A stretch of DNA of 64,000 nt from Eledone cirrhosa (taxonomy: Eukaryota). The stretch is taken from the NCBI GenBank assembly GCA_964016885.1, contig OZ024744.1, forward strand, positions 75,392,001 through 75,456,000, written 5' to 3'. The notes beneath the pieces were generated by a model. It made no database searches, was not told the DNA's origin, and saw only the letters and a program-made list of their open reading frames with translations. The position numbers and the translations under genes are program-made. This document shows positions 52,801-64,000 of this stretch, piece after piece (within the stretch, counting starts at the first letter, position 1; the number at the start of each line of letters is the position of its first letter).

Positions 52801-53195
52801 GGTGGCGAGAGAAGTGCTGCCCCCAAGTACATTTGCTAAAAGGTGGATAAATGTGGTGAGAATGGCCCGTGTGAATGGGCCTACACTGAACATGCGCCTA
52901 TAGGCTAGCTAACTTGAGGAGAGGGGTCATCTCCCTGGGTGCCCTAGAAGGGCAGGGTGGTTCAGGATTGGTGGGGTACCCGAGTCACCCCTGGGTCGTC
53001 CACCCCTGATAGGGGAATTTATTTTGTTATATTTATGCATAGTTTATTTTATATTTTTTATATCTTCATTGTTAAATTAGTCTTACCATTGCGCACTTTT
53101 ACTCGACCTTATTGTAAACCCCCACTGTCCCTGTCTTTGTATTGTCCCCTACATGCCGGCCCTTGTGGCTAATAAATGAAATCATTATTATTAGT
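49803..53195 (+). mobile_element. 5'-truncated, frameshifted Tx1/L1-type LINE (APE endonuclease, RT, zinc finger)
   Basis: APE motifs RLLAVYAP, LAGDWN and S.IDRI. RT motifs KSPGLDGLP, NFRPITLLN, LDQSKAFDRV, VRQGCPL and AYADD. WAGRKLSLKGR. Terminus cccttgtggctaataaatgaaatc(att)n. Confidence 0.92.
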
Positions 53196-53512
53196 AGTAG
53201 TTTAATAACTACAATGCTGACCACCTGACTCGTTAAGTTCTCAGTGATAGGGTTCACATGACCCACCAGACAGGGGAGAGCAAAATCTCTCCCTTTTTTT
53301 TCTTACACTTTTTCTGCCTCCTCTTCTCTCACTCTGTCTCCTTCCCATTCTCTCTCTCTCCGTCTCTCTCTCTCTCACACACACATACACCCTCTCTCGT
53401 TTTCTTTTATGAATGGTTGAGCCAATTAAACGAAGAAAAAGGTACTATACACCATGGGAAGATAAAGAAAATTCAAGTAGACTGATGACGATGGCCATGA
53501 ACATAACGTTAT

Positions 53513-53540
<28 letters not shown>

Positions 53541-53546
<6 letters not shown>

Positions 53547-53935
53547 TTAAGAAAAGGAAAATCATTGTTTCTACTTTTGGCACAAGGCCATCAATTACAC
53601 AGTGTATTACTGGTACTTTATTTTATCGACCCCGTAAGGATGAAAGGCAAAGTTAACCTCGGCGGGATTTGAACTCAGAATGGCAAGCGCCATAACTCTA
53701 TGCGTCAAAGCATGGCGTCCGACCCTCTACCGATACTGCCAAATGACTTCACTTGTAGATCTAAACAATTTAATTTAATTTTATAGTATTATAATTTTAC
53801 AAGAACTTACTAGATCTACAAAATTGTAAAATCATAATATTATAAAATTAAATTAAATTGTTTAGAATTAAAAGTGAAGTCATTATTTTCCTTTTTTTAA
53901 ATATACCTAACTGTACAAAGTATTTCACACATTTT
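53541..53935 (+). mobile_element. Foldback insert whose left arm is split by a SINE family A copy (-, ~53563-53741)
   Basis: Left arm tatttaagaaaaggaaaat|aatgacttcac...ttttacaa is the reverse complement of 53825-53904 once the SINE is removed. Confidence 0.7.
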
Positions 53936-53936
53936 C

Positions 53937-53992
<56 letters not shown>

Positions 53993-54235
53993 GTATGTAT
54001 GTATGTATACGTACATACATATATGTATACAGACGTACAGTAGTATTTATATATGTGTACATGTGTGTATATATGTGTGTATATATGTGTGTACTTATAT
54101 GTGCATGTGTGTATATATATAAATACTACTGTACGTATGTATACATATATGTATGTGCGTATACATACATACATACTACATTTAAGTAAGTGCTGTACTA
54201 AGAGTGAAAAATGAAATTTCGTTTCATTCTATTCC

Positions 54236-54326
<91 letters not shown>

Positions 54327-54327
<1 letters not shown>

Positions 54328-54640
54328 AAATAAAGATCCGAAGGCATGGTATAAATTTCCAATCATTTTAATCACGACACATGTTTCAATAAGAGATAGA
54401 TCGATCATGACCACACGATCGATCTATCTATTATTGAAACATGTGTCGTGATTAAAATGATTGGAAATTTATACCATGCCTTTGGATCTTTATTTTAATA
54501 CAAATACTCCGCTTTACATCATCTACCTATTCCCATAAATGGAACTGGTGATATACAAAAGCGTGGAGAACTTAATATTGCTAACAAAAGTTTATTGGAC
54601 CGTATGACATAACCAATAATACACCTTACTATATAACAGC
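54327..54640 (+). mobile_element. PLE-like foldback insert
   Basis: Arms at 54327-54402 and 54417-54497. Hammerhead-like 3' half attGAAACatgt with palindromic stem III. (TA)n on both sides. Confidence 0.6.
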
Positions 54641-54661
54641 TATATATATATATATATATAT

Positions 54662-54931
54662 AGAAGCCCTACAGGTTCATTCTGTCATTACCACAGCAGA
54701 GGTCCGATGAACCTTTGATTCCAGAGTCGGACCAAATCAATACAGATTGAACCTCAAGCTGATCAATAGCGAAACGTCTGTCACTACTCAATAAACGCAA
54801 TGAAGATATAACAAATCGTCCTTTTATTACTATAATTACACTATGCTTAGTTCTACACCTCGTTACAGGCTGGAAACTATGCATCGAGTGCTCACTCGGG
54901 TGAACCTACAGTAACTGCACGTTACACTCCC

Positions 54932-54932
<1 letters not shown>
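54662..54932 (+). mobile_element. PLE-like insert with degenerate long-stem-II hammerhead (54700-54785)
   Basis: ccgatga-acctttgat...atcaatagc-GAAACgtctGTC. Homologous to 63100-63345 (-). Confidence 0.6.
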
Positions 54933-54962
<30 letters not shown>

Positions 54963-55047
54963 GTGTGTGTGCGTGTGTGTATGTGTGTGCGTGTGTGTGT
55001 GTGTGGGGGGCGTGTGTATGCGTGCGTGTGTGTTGTGTGTGCGTGTG

Positions 55048-55600
55048 TACGAGGAGGCTTCAAAAGGTTCGTGAAAAATGTACTTAGCTAAAGATCGTAT
55101 GCAGGAATTTTGATCTCAATGCACTTGTACTTGCTCGTACTAACGTGTCATAATATATTCTAATATGAACCTTTAAATGTATAGTGTAATGTAGCGCAGC
55201 CAGTCGGAAGTCAGCACCCACTCGAGCAACATGGCCTCCATCAAAACATCAAATTGATGGTGAAGCTGGGGTGGAAGAGCAGTCAAATCATTGACGCTCT
55301 GGAACAAGTTTATGGAGACAATGCCCCAAAGAAATCAAACAACCTACACATGGATAAGTCAGTTTAGAAGTGGAAGAGATGAGGTTGAAGATGATCCTCA
55401 GTTGAACATGTAAAAAAAGCTGCTTTCAAATGGTTTAAATCGCATGGGCTTCGGTTTTACAAAGATGTACTTAAAGGTTGGTAAGCAACGTTTGCAGGAG
55501 TGCATTGATCTAGAGGGAGCATATGTTGAAAAATAAACATCATAACTTAAACCGTTTTTTCCAACTTTCTTTTTTCTACAAACTTTTTGAAGTACCCTCT
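55048..55600 (+). mobile_element. Internally deleted Hsmar2-like (irritans) mariner
   Basis: TIRs tacgaggaggcttcaaaaggttcgtgaaaaa / tttttctacaaactttttgaagtaccctc. N-terminus IKLMVKLGWKSSQIIDALEQVYGDNAPKKS and C-terminus QRLQECIDLEGAYVEK*. Confidence 0.85.
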
Positions 55601-55904
55601 TTTATATATGAAAACGAGCAAAAAAGATAGAGTGAAAATCATATATATAATTATATTTGGGAAAAGTATACAAGATGAGAAAGAATTTTTACCTATTTAT
55701 TTCGATGTTCCGACTGCAGTTTCGCTCAGTAATAACAGTAATCTGAGTATTTGAGTACTGTGAGAAGTCTCAGGAAACTTCTTAATCAGGAAACTTCTTA
55801 ATCAAGAAAAATTCTTCCAAAGTAATCCGCTACTAGCTATAATTTCAAATGGAAGAATTATCTACAGAAGGGTAGTGGTAGGTGGACTATGGTAGGTGGA
55901 CAAT

Positions 55905-56254
55905 ATACAGAAGTTTTTCGGTATTTGCTGGGGTTACGTTCGTTGAGCACCCGCGAAGAAAGAAAAACCGCGAATATTGCAGGTGATCCATAAAAATGCA
56001 TACAGACGTCAAAATATAACGTAAAATATAATTCTAAAAAAGAGGAAGCGTCTTATGCGAAGGGGCGGCCAATAAGCCATCAAATATGGTATATTGTCAT
56101 TAATAATTTAGCGTTAAAAATATATATATTGCCACGAAAAGCCATAAAAAAATCGCGGAAGATATTTACAGTGGTTTCCGCAAACAATTATGTCTTAGGG
56201 TCTAAGGTTAATCCCGCGAATAACCGGAACCGCGAATGCCGGGTGTACACTGTA
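55905..56254. mobile_element. Tigger/pogo-like MITE, degenerate
   Basis: tacagaagtttttcggtatttgctgggg versus ccgcgaatgccgggtgtacactgta, with repeated ccgcgaa motifs. Confidence 0.45.
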
Positions 56255-56379
56255 TATACCTTCAATTAATATTAATTACTCCCCTGCGGTTGAGAATATA
56301 ATTTAGCTCAATCGGCCTGCTTTTTCTAGCAGCCTGTAAAACTCCAGAGTAGCAAGACCCACTATTTAGCCTTAAACGA

Positions 56380-56484
<105 letters not shown>

Positions 56485-56525
56485 TAATTTAATATATCAA
56501 CTAACATAAGCGCACAGATGCACGC

Positions 56526-56568
<43 letters not shown>

Positions 56569-56889
56569 GATATATATTATACGATAGACTCTCCCGACGA
56601 TTTCGACGTATGAATATCCAAACAAACTATTCAATTCATTCAGTTTGGGTGTTATATCTAGAATGACATTTTAGACCTGCCAAGGATTTGCTAACAAGTT
56701 AACAGGTTGAGACGGTCTGTCGCGGCTCTCGACGGCTGATGCGGTGTCCGTTTAAAAGTCAATAGCAACAGCTGGAATACGGGAAGCCCTAAACGGCTGT
56801 GCGAGGTGCAAATCACTTTCTTTGGATCGTTTACACCTCGAGTTTTAGGTAAATATGCAAAGGAAGTTTTGCGATCTTCTCGTAGTTGT

Positions 56890-57075
56890 TTACTGCAACT
56901 GCTTCAGAACAGGAGAATGGTAGCACTGATGAGAAAACAGCAAACACTAGGGACATAATTAAGCATTTCTTGCCCATAACTCTGCTTCACAGAATTTAAG
57001 ACTTTGGCCAAGGTACTAGCAAAGAAATTAGTACTTCTCATCATGAGTCTGATCAGGGATACGCAGGCATCTAGT
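56890..57075 (+). pseudogene. Old Tx1-type RT fragment
   Basis: acagaatttaagactttggccaaggtactagcaaag aligns with 51067-51105. Confidence 0.6.
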
Positions 57076-57489
57076 AACATTTTTTCTTCTGGAAAATATG
57101 ATCTTGCGGCCAGGCTGGGACCTTTTGGGTGGCATATCGGCAGTAACAATTTGTAACGTTTGTTTATATTTTGTTTTTGTGTATGCAAAAATATCTGTAC
57201 ACGAATATATAATTATATATATATATATTAAAATAACAGATTAAAGTTTAAGCAAAGAATCGCTGCTTTCACCCTTAACGGGATCTTCTGAAACTAATAA
57301 AAATGTCTGTATATGTGTATACATATATGTATGTATGAGTATGTATGTATGTATGTATGTATGTATGTATGTATGTATGTATGTATGTATGTATGTATGT
57401 ATGTTTACATGTATGTATGTATGAGTATGTATGTATGTATGTATGTATGTATGTATGTATGTATGTATGTATGTATGTATGTATGTATA

Positions 57490-58000
57490 TCGGGTCACTC
57501 TTGAGTAACATGTAACCCAGTACAACCTGTCGCATGATCGGGTGGGTGGTCAGCGACTAAACCGGCAACCCCACCAAGTTTACTTGGTGAGGAAGGTCAG
57601 TTTGGACACCCAGCAGGACAAAAAACAAAGCCAAAGGGCGGAAGAACTCATAAGGGACAACGGCCATCCAAAAGTGTGTAAATATGTATATACACATGTG
57701 CCGCGCGATTAAACCACTGGGAGTGAAGGAACCCTAGCCTTTGTCAGGGCATTCTTCTAGGAGAAGGCAACTCAGTAAACTCGTATAGCTCCGACATAAA
57801 ACCTGCGGCTCAGTAGTTACCGATGATATTGATCTTTTCTTCTTTTCTGTTGCTCAGAGAGTGGAATTGGCTCAGAGCACAGTCTTTCCTCACTTTAAAA
57901 AATATCTTCACACAGGCATTGCACGATAGCATTAATTGATAAATATTAATAATTGTATATCATGCAATGGCCATACTCGACAACGAGGAGGCAGCCTTCA
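57490..58000 (+). mobile_element. Diverged full-length relative of element U, preceded by (TATG)n
   Basis: Shares ggtcac..gtaacatgta.cccagtacaacctgtc.catg.tcggg..gcgactaaac.ggcaaccccaccaag, tagcctttgtca.ggca and the terminal acgag..ggcagcc. Confidence 0.75.
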
Positions 58001-58079
58001 TGTAGCTATGAATGATTGAATGTATGCATGCATATATATATATATGTATCTATATGTACGTATGTATAATATATATATA

Positions 58080-58168
<89 letters not shown>

Positions 58169-58207
58169 CAGATGTGCAACGAAAGAACTTTGATAGACTA
58201 TATATAT

Positions 58208-58241
<34 letters not shown>

Positions 58242-58524
58242 TGTTATACTTTGGGAGGGTCATGTTGCCAATAAGAAACACACGCACCAGCAGTTTCACT
58301 TTAATTTATTATAATAAATTTATAAATTTAGGAATTTATAAATTTCCAGTTGGTTGGTTGGTTGATTCCACAACCAGATGGTAGTTTATATATTGTCAAA
58401 GTTCTTTCGTCACATATTATGTGACCTCTTCAGTGACTGGGGATTCTTTTCTTTGTTTTTTTGTGCCTCTCCTTTGTTCTGTCCTACGCCATCTTGTTTT
58501 TGTGACAGACAAACACAAGATGGC

Positions 58525-58624
<100 letters not shown>

Positions 58625-58881
58625 ACAGGGAGAAAGAGACGGTTATTAGGAAGAACAATTTTTTTTTTTCCTTTTATATATATATATATATATATCTGTA
58701 TTTGGTCAGTCAATGATAAGCATTAATTGCCAAATGAATTAACTATGGAGCTATAAAAGATACAGAAGCGAAAACCAACCTAACAGAGAGTGTGTTCTGT
58801 TTGGCAGTATCGGTAGAGGGTTTTTGATAGCGCTAGTTTGTGATTTAAATTCAGGAATTTTATATTCTTTGAATGAAAAGA

Positions 58882-58965
58882 ACCTTCTGACGAGAATCTC
58901 TCTTTGCAACGAAGGCCGTATGGTCTCCGTATCATTTTTGGGATTCGAAACCGATCGGTAAAGGT
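58882..58965 (+). ncRNA. Type I hammerhead ribozyme
   Basis: acctt-CTGACGA-gaatctc(39-nt loop)gggattc-GAAAC-cgatcg-GTA/aaggt. 5-bp stem I, 7-bp stem II, palindromic stem III (accgatcggt). Predicted cleavage after 58960. Confidence 0.88.
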
Positions 58966-59183
58966 AACTATAGTAGGTAAAGTCAATTTTTTAAAATTTA
59001 TTTTGAAACTTTTTCATTATTTACTAAACCTTGTTTATATATATATATATATATAATTAGTTAAAAACTGAATGTAGTCCCTTACAATTAAATAGCTCTA
59101 AGAAAAAAGCTTTTCCGCGAGCTGTAATATAATTTAATATACAAGGGAGAAGAACACTTATATAAAGATACATGTGTCCGAAT

Positions 59184-59413
59184 TGTAAGGACCAGGTTTG
59201 CCAGGGTGAAAAAATACTAACTACAGCAATATGGTTTGCCAGACTTAATTTAAAGTATTAAATTGAGAAGGAAAATAACAAACCTATATTGGGCAACTGC
59301 CTGAAAGAATATAGGTTGGTTATTATTTTTCTTAATTTACTACTTTAAATTAAGTCTGGCAAACCATATTGCTGTAGTTAGTATTTTTTCACCCTAGCAA
59401 ACCTGGTCCTTAC
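59184..59413. repeat. ~107-bp imperfect inverted repeat with short spacer
   Basis: 59184-59290 versus 59308-59413. Confidence 0.85.
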
Positions 59414-59509
59414 ACACATATATACGTATATATAAGAATTTCTTATTTCATTTTCTTTGCTATTCTCTCTTTTGTTATTGCCATTATTGTTGTTGTTGTT
59501 GTTACTAGG

Positions 59510-59574
<65 letters not shown>

Positions 59575-59698
59575 ATATATGTCAGCTATGGTTTATTACA
59601 CAGGCGTGAGCGATACCGTTTGCCTAATATAACGCTTTTCTAAACCAAAATGATACACCCACACACGCACATGCTCATACACACACATATGCGCACAT

Positions 59699-59785
59699 AA
59701 CTCTTCACAGATATACACAGATATACATACATAAATGCATACATACATGCACATACACATACACATATACATACACACATACACA

Positions 59786-59820
<35 letters not shown>

Positions 59821-60200
59821 AACTCTTCATAGATATACACAGATATACATACATAAATGTATACATACATGCACATACACATACACATATACATACACAC
59901 ATACACACACACAGACACTTAACTCTTCACAGATATACACAGATATACATAAATGCATACATACATGCACATACACATACACATATACATACACACACAT
60001 ACACACACACACACACACTTAACTCTTCACAGATATACACAGATATACATACATAAATGCATACATACATGCACATACACATACACATATACATACACAC
60101 ATACACACACACACACTTAACTCTTCACAGATATACACAGATATACATACATAAATGTATACATACATGCACATACACATACACATATGCATACACACAC
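59699..60200. repeat. Five tandem ~100-120-bp units built from CA/TA repeats
   Basis: aactcttcacagatatacacagatatac at 59699, 59821, 59921, 60021 and 60119. Confidence 0.9.
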
Positions 60201-60549
60201 ATACACAGACCCACACCACACAGGCGCGCGCGCGCGCACACGTTTTGCTGAGCCCCCGTCGCAATATCCTGTCACTTCAATCATGTCTAATGCGACCGAA
60301 ATATTAAGAATCTAAACTGACACCATTGGGGATCGATCCTCGTACTTTCAGCAAAACCGGATTAAAAATACCGACTTAAAATGTTTTAAAAATAGGGGCT
60401 GGTGGTGTAGAGAAATAGGGGAAAAACGGGTAAGGGGTAAGAAAAGCAAGAACGATTAAACACTCACATACACACACACACACTGACAGACAGATACACA
60501 CACAAATAATTACATACACTCACAATCATATGTGTGTGCGTGCATATGC

Positions 60550-60593
<44 letters not shown>

Positions 60594-60701
60594 CACATAT
60601 ATATATATATGTGTGCGTATGTATATATATATATATGTCTCCCTGTGTATGTCTGTATATATATATATATATATGTGTGTGTGTATATATATATTTAAAT
60701 A

Positions 60702-60827
<126 letters not shown>

Positions 60828-60875
60828 TATATACGTATATATATATGTATATATATACGTATATATATATGTATA

Positions 60876-60922
<47 letters not shown>

Positions 60923-61206
60923 ATATATATATAGAGAGAGGGAGAAAGATATATATATATATATGAAGGTATGTATATATATGTGAGTGTGTGCGTGTGT
61001 TTATTTATTTATTCATTTAATTTATGTTGTTTTGTTTTTATTCATTTATTTCAATGCAGATTCATATTTTCACAGTTGGTAACCGGGATACAGATACGTG
61101 ATGTATGGAAACACATATCGTTTTCTATTTGAATGCATTAGAAATAAACCCTTTCTTTCGCAAATTCGCAATAGCATACGCACACGTACACATAACCATC
61201 CAGTGC

Positions 61207-61239
<33 letters not shown>

Positions 61240-61240
61240 G

Positions 61241-61391
<151 letters not shown>

Positions 61392-61414
61392 GTATATATA
61401 TGTATATATGTATC

Positions 61415-61463
<49 letters not shown>

Positions 61464-61484
61464 GTATATATATATATATATATG

Positions 61485-61585
<101 letters not shown>

Positions 61586-62099
61586 GTATATATGTATCTA
61601 TATATATATATATATGTATGTATATATTTATATATACAGACACCCTCACAAACACACATATAAATACCAAACAAATTTACAAGATTTGAAACTACCTTCA
61701 TTCTTCGTTCGACCAAGTTGTGAGAGGGGATGAAATGAAAGTTTGATAAGGAAGAGAGTGAGAGGATAAATGAATGGTAGCGGAAAATAAGGAGCAAAAA
61801 GAAAGACAGATACGGTGGAACATGTGGGGTGAGGGCAGAATGAGAGAGAGTGTGGGGCGATAAGATAAAGATAGATAGTAAGGTAAACTGTGAGAGATGC
61901 AAAAGACTCAGAGAGAAAACTCAATTTTCTTCTCTTCACATTTCTCACGCAACCACCCTCTCCCCTTTCTTCATTTCAAAGCCTTTTAGTAAACATCCTT
62001 TTCAAACCATCCTTAAATTTTTGTTGAAAATGTCTGTTTTTTTTAAATGTATGCATATACTTGTGAAAATATCACGGCAAAATACATATAGACGTACAT

Positions 62100-62178
<79 letters not shown>

Positions 62179-62265
62179 TTTATACACACATATACACACA
62201 CTCATATATATATATATGTATATGAGTATGTGTATGTGTGTATATATATGTATGTATATATATAT

Positions 62266-62411
<146 letters not shown>

Positions 62412-62599
62412 GCAGACATATAGAAGTTTGCATAGACAAATACGAACACCATAATTTTGACTGGATTTAAATATATTGTTAAATCAATGCATATAAGGAT
62501 ATTCAGGCTTTAAATATAGCTAAACTTTCACTCCAAGCCCATATTTTCATACACGTACAGATACACATGAACATTCCTACTCACATACATACATACATT

Positions 62600-62639
<40 letters not shown>

Positions 62640-62846
62640 GATAGATAGATAAATACATACATACTTACATACATATGTAAGTATCTACACAAACACACGC
62701 ACGCGCACACTGACACACATGCGCATATATACATGGCTGACTAACTACACACGTGTTTTCCTCCAAAAAAAAATTTCTTTTTTTCTTTACTCTTGTCTAT
62801 CTTTCTATTACTTCTATCTCTCCCTCTCTCGCTGCTTCTCATTCTA

Positions 62847-62882
62847 TCTTCCGATGAAGAGCAAACGTCTGAAACGTTAAGA
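62847..62882 (+). ncRNA. Minimal hammerhead with core mutation (CCGATGA), probably inactive
   Basis: tctt-ccgatga-agag(caaac)gtct-GAAAC-GTT/aaga. Same upstream attctatctt as 30405-30446. Confidence 0.55.
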
Positions 62883-62962
62883 CGCTTTTCTTACTACTTC
62901 AAGCGTTAAATACGCACGCTCACAAACATACATACACACACATTTATATATATATATATTTA

Positions 62963-63047
<85 letters not shown>

Positions 63048-63089
63048 GGAGAGAGAGGGAGAGAGAGAAAGAGAGAGAGAGAGAGCTTT

Positions 63090-63497
63090 ATATTACTCTT
63101 AGTTCTCCAACTTGAGCACTCGATGTGTAGGTGGGTCTGTTGAAGTCTAGTACTTGGTGTACACATTTGGTGTTAAACTATGGTCGGTTTCCCTCCTATG
63201 AAGAGTGTAATATTAAAATATGTAGGTGGTCAGAATATCATCATTAGTTTACTCAGGTGTGACGCGCGTTTCACTATTGATCAGCTCAATGTTCGATGTG
63301 TATCGATCAGGCAGGACTCTGTAATCAAAAGCTCATCAGACTTTTGGTTAATTAATGATAGGAAATATCTGCGCACAGCTTTAAGAAAAAACATTTCACG
63401 TCTGATGAGCTTTTGATGACAGAGTCGGACCAGATTGATTACAGATCGAACCTTGAGCTGATCAATAACGATGATGATTCTCTGATACCTCATTGCT
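63090..63497 (-). mobile_element. PLE-like foldback insert with long-stem-II hammerhead (63256-63344)
   Basis: Minus strand: gt-CTGATGA-gcttttgat...atcaatagt-GAAAC-gcgc-GTC/ac. Inverted copy of 63274-63341 at 63400-63467. Confidence 0.65.
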
Positions 63498-63547
63498 ATA
63501 TATAGGACGCTGAATTTATATCAGCGATTTTCGTTACCTTTATAACA

Positions 63548-64000
63548 TACTAGCAGTGGTATCCGGCGTTGCACGGGATAAAGTATTTTGGAACGCGGGC
63601 CCCAACAGACCTAATCGTGGAAAAACTGCATGCCTGGACAATATGTAAAGAAAATATACCAAATACTCTGATGGCTGGATAATCTTTAAGATTTTCCTCG
63701 ATGAAGAAGGAAAAATGTAGGTTTTCACCTAATGCGGGCCCTAGGGGATCAAGAAAATTAATTTGTTTATGTGCATAATATGCCTTGAAATTTCAGGAAA
63801 ATCGGCTAGACGTAACGCCTCCAAAAAATCCAAAAAAAGCTGAAAAAATGAAGTTTTTCACCTAATGCCGGCCCTAGGCCATAAAAAGGTTGGATTTTCT
63901 TTGCTAACGGTATGAAGAAGAGACTGACTAATACATAGTTACAATTTCAAGGAAATCGGTCTGAGGTAACGCCTCAAAAATCCCCTAAAAATCTTTCAAA
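63548..64000. mobile_element. Possible Helitron-like non-autonomous element with internal ~135-bp tandem repeats; runs off the window
   Basis: actagcagtggtatccggcgttgcacggg terminus. ttttcacctaatgc.ggccctagg and aatttcag/aggaaatcgg...gtaacgcctc are each repeated. Confidence 0.4.

Overview
This is repeat-saturated eukaryotic DNA with no recognisable host gene. The SINE families and the very dense (TA)n/(CA)n/(CATA)n microsatellites suggest a cephalopod such as octopus, which is an inference. Almost all ORF-track entries are microsatellite translations. The real coding content is retrotransposon-derived. (1) One intact 1169-aa R4/Dong-type non-LTR ORF (RT + CCHC + restriction-like endonuclease, 11930-15439) sits in a (CATA)n field, bracketed by two ~97%-identical 600-bp non-coding elements. 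(2) A 10-kb cluster (42.9-53.2 kb) alternates Tx1/L1-type LINE pieces, all on +, with R4/Dong-type pieces, all on -, around (ATT)n tracts. (3) There are scattered RTE, CR1/L2 and I-group remnants, an Hsmar2-like mariner, hAT and Tc1/pogo MITEs, and about 8 copies of one tRNA-derived SINE. The most striking non-coding signal is a set of short inserts in or near (TA)n tracts. They carry type-I hammerhead ribozyme motifs (clean at 19585-19629 and 58882-58965, near-intact at 30405-30440) and about 9 have a 5' inverted duplication. This is the architecture of Penelope-like pseudo-LTR or retrozyme-type elements, but no Penelope RT is present in the window.
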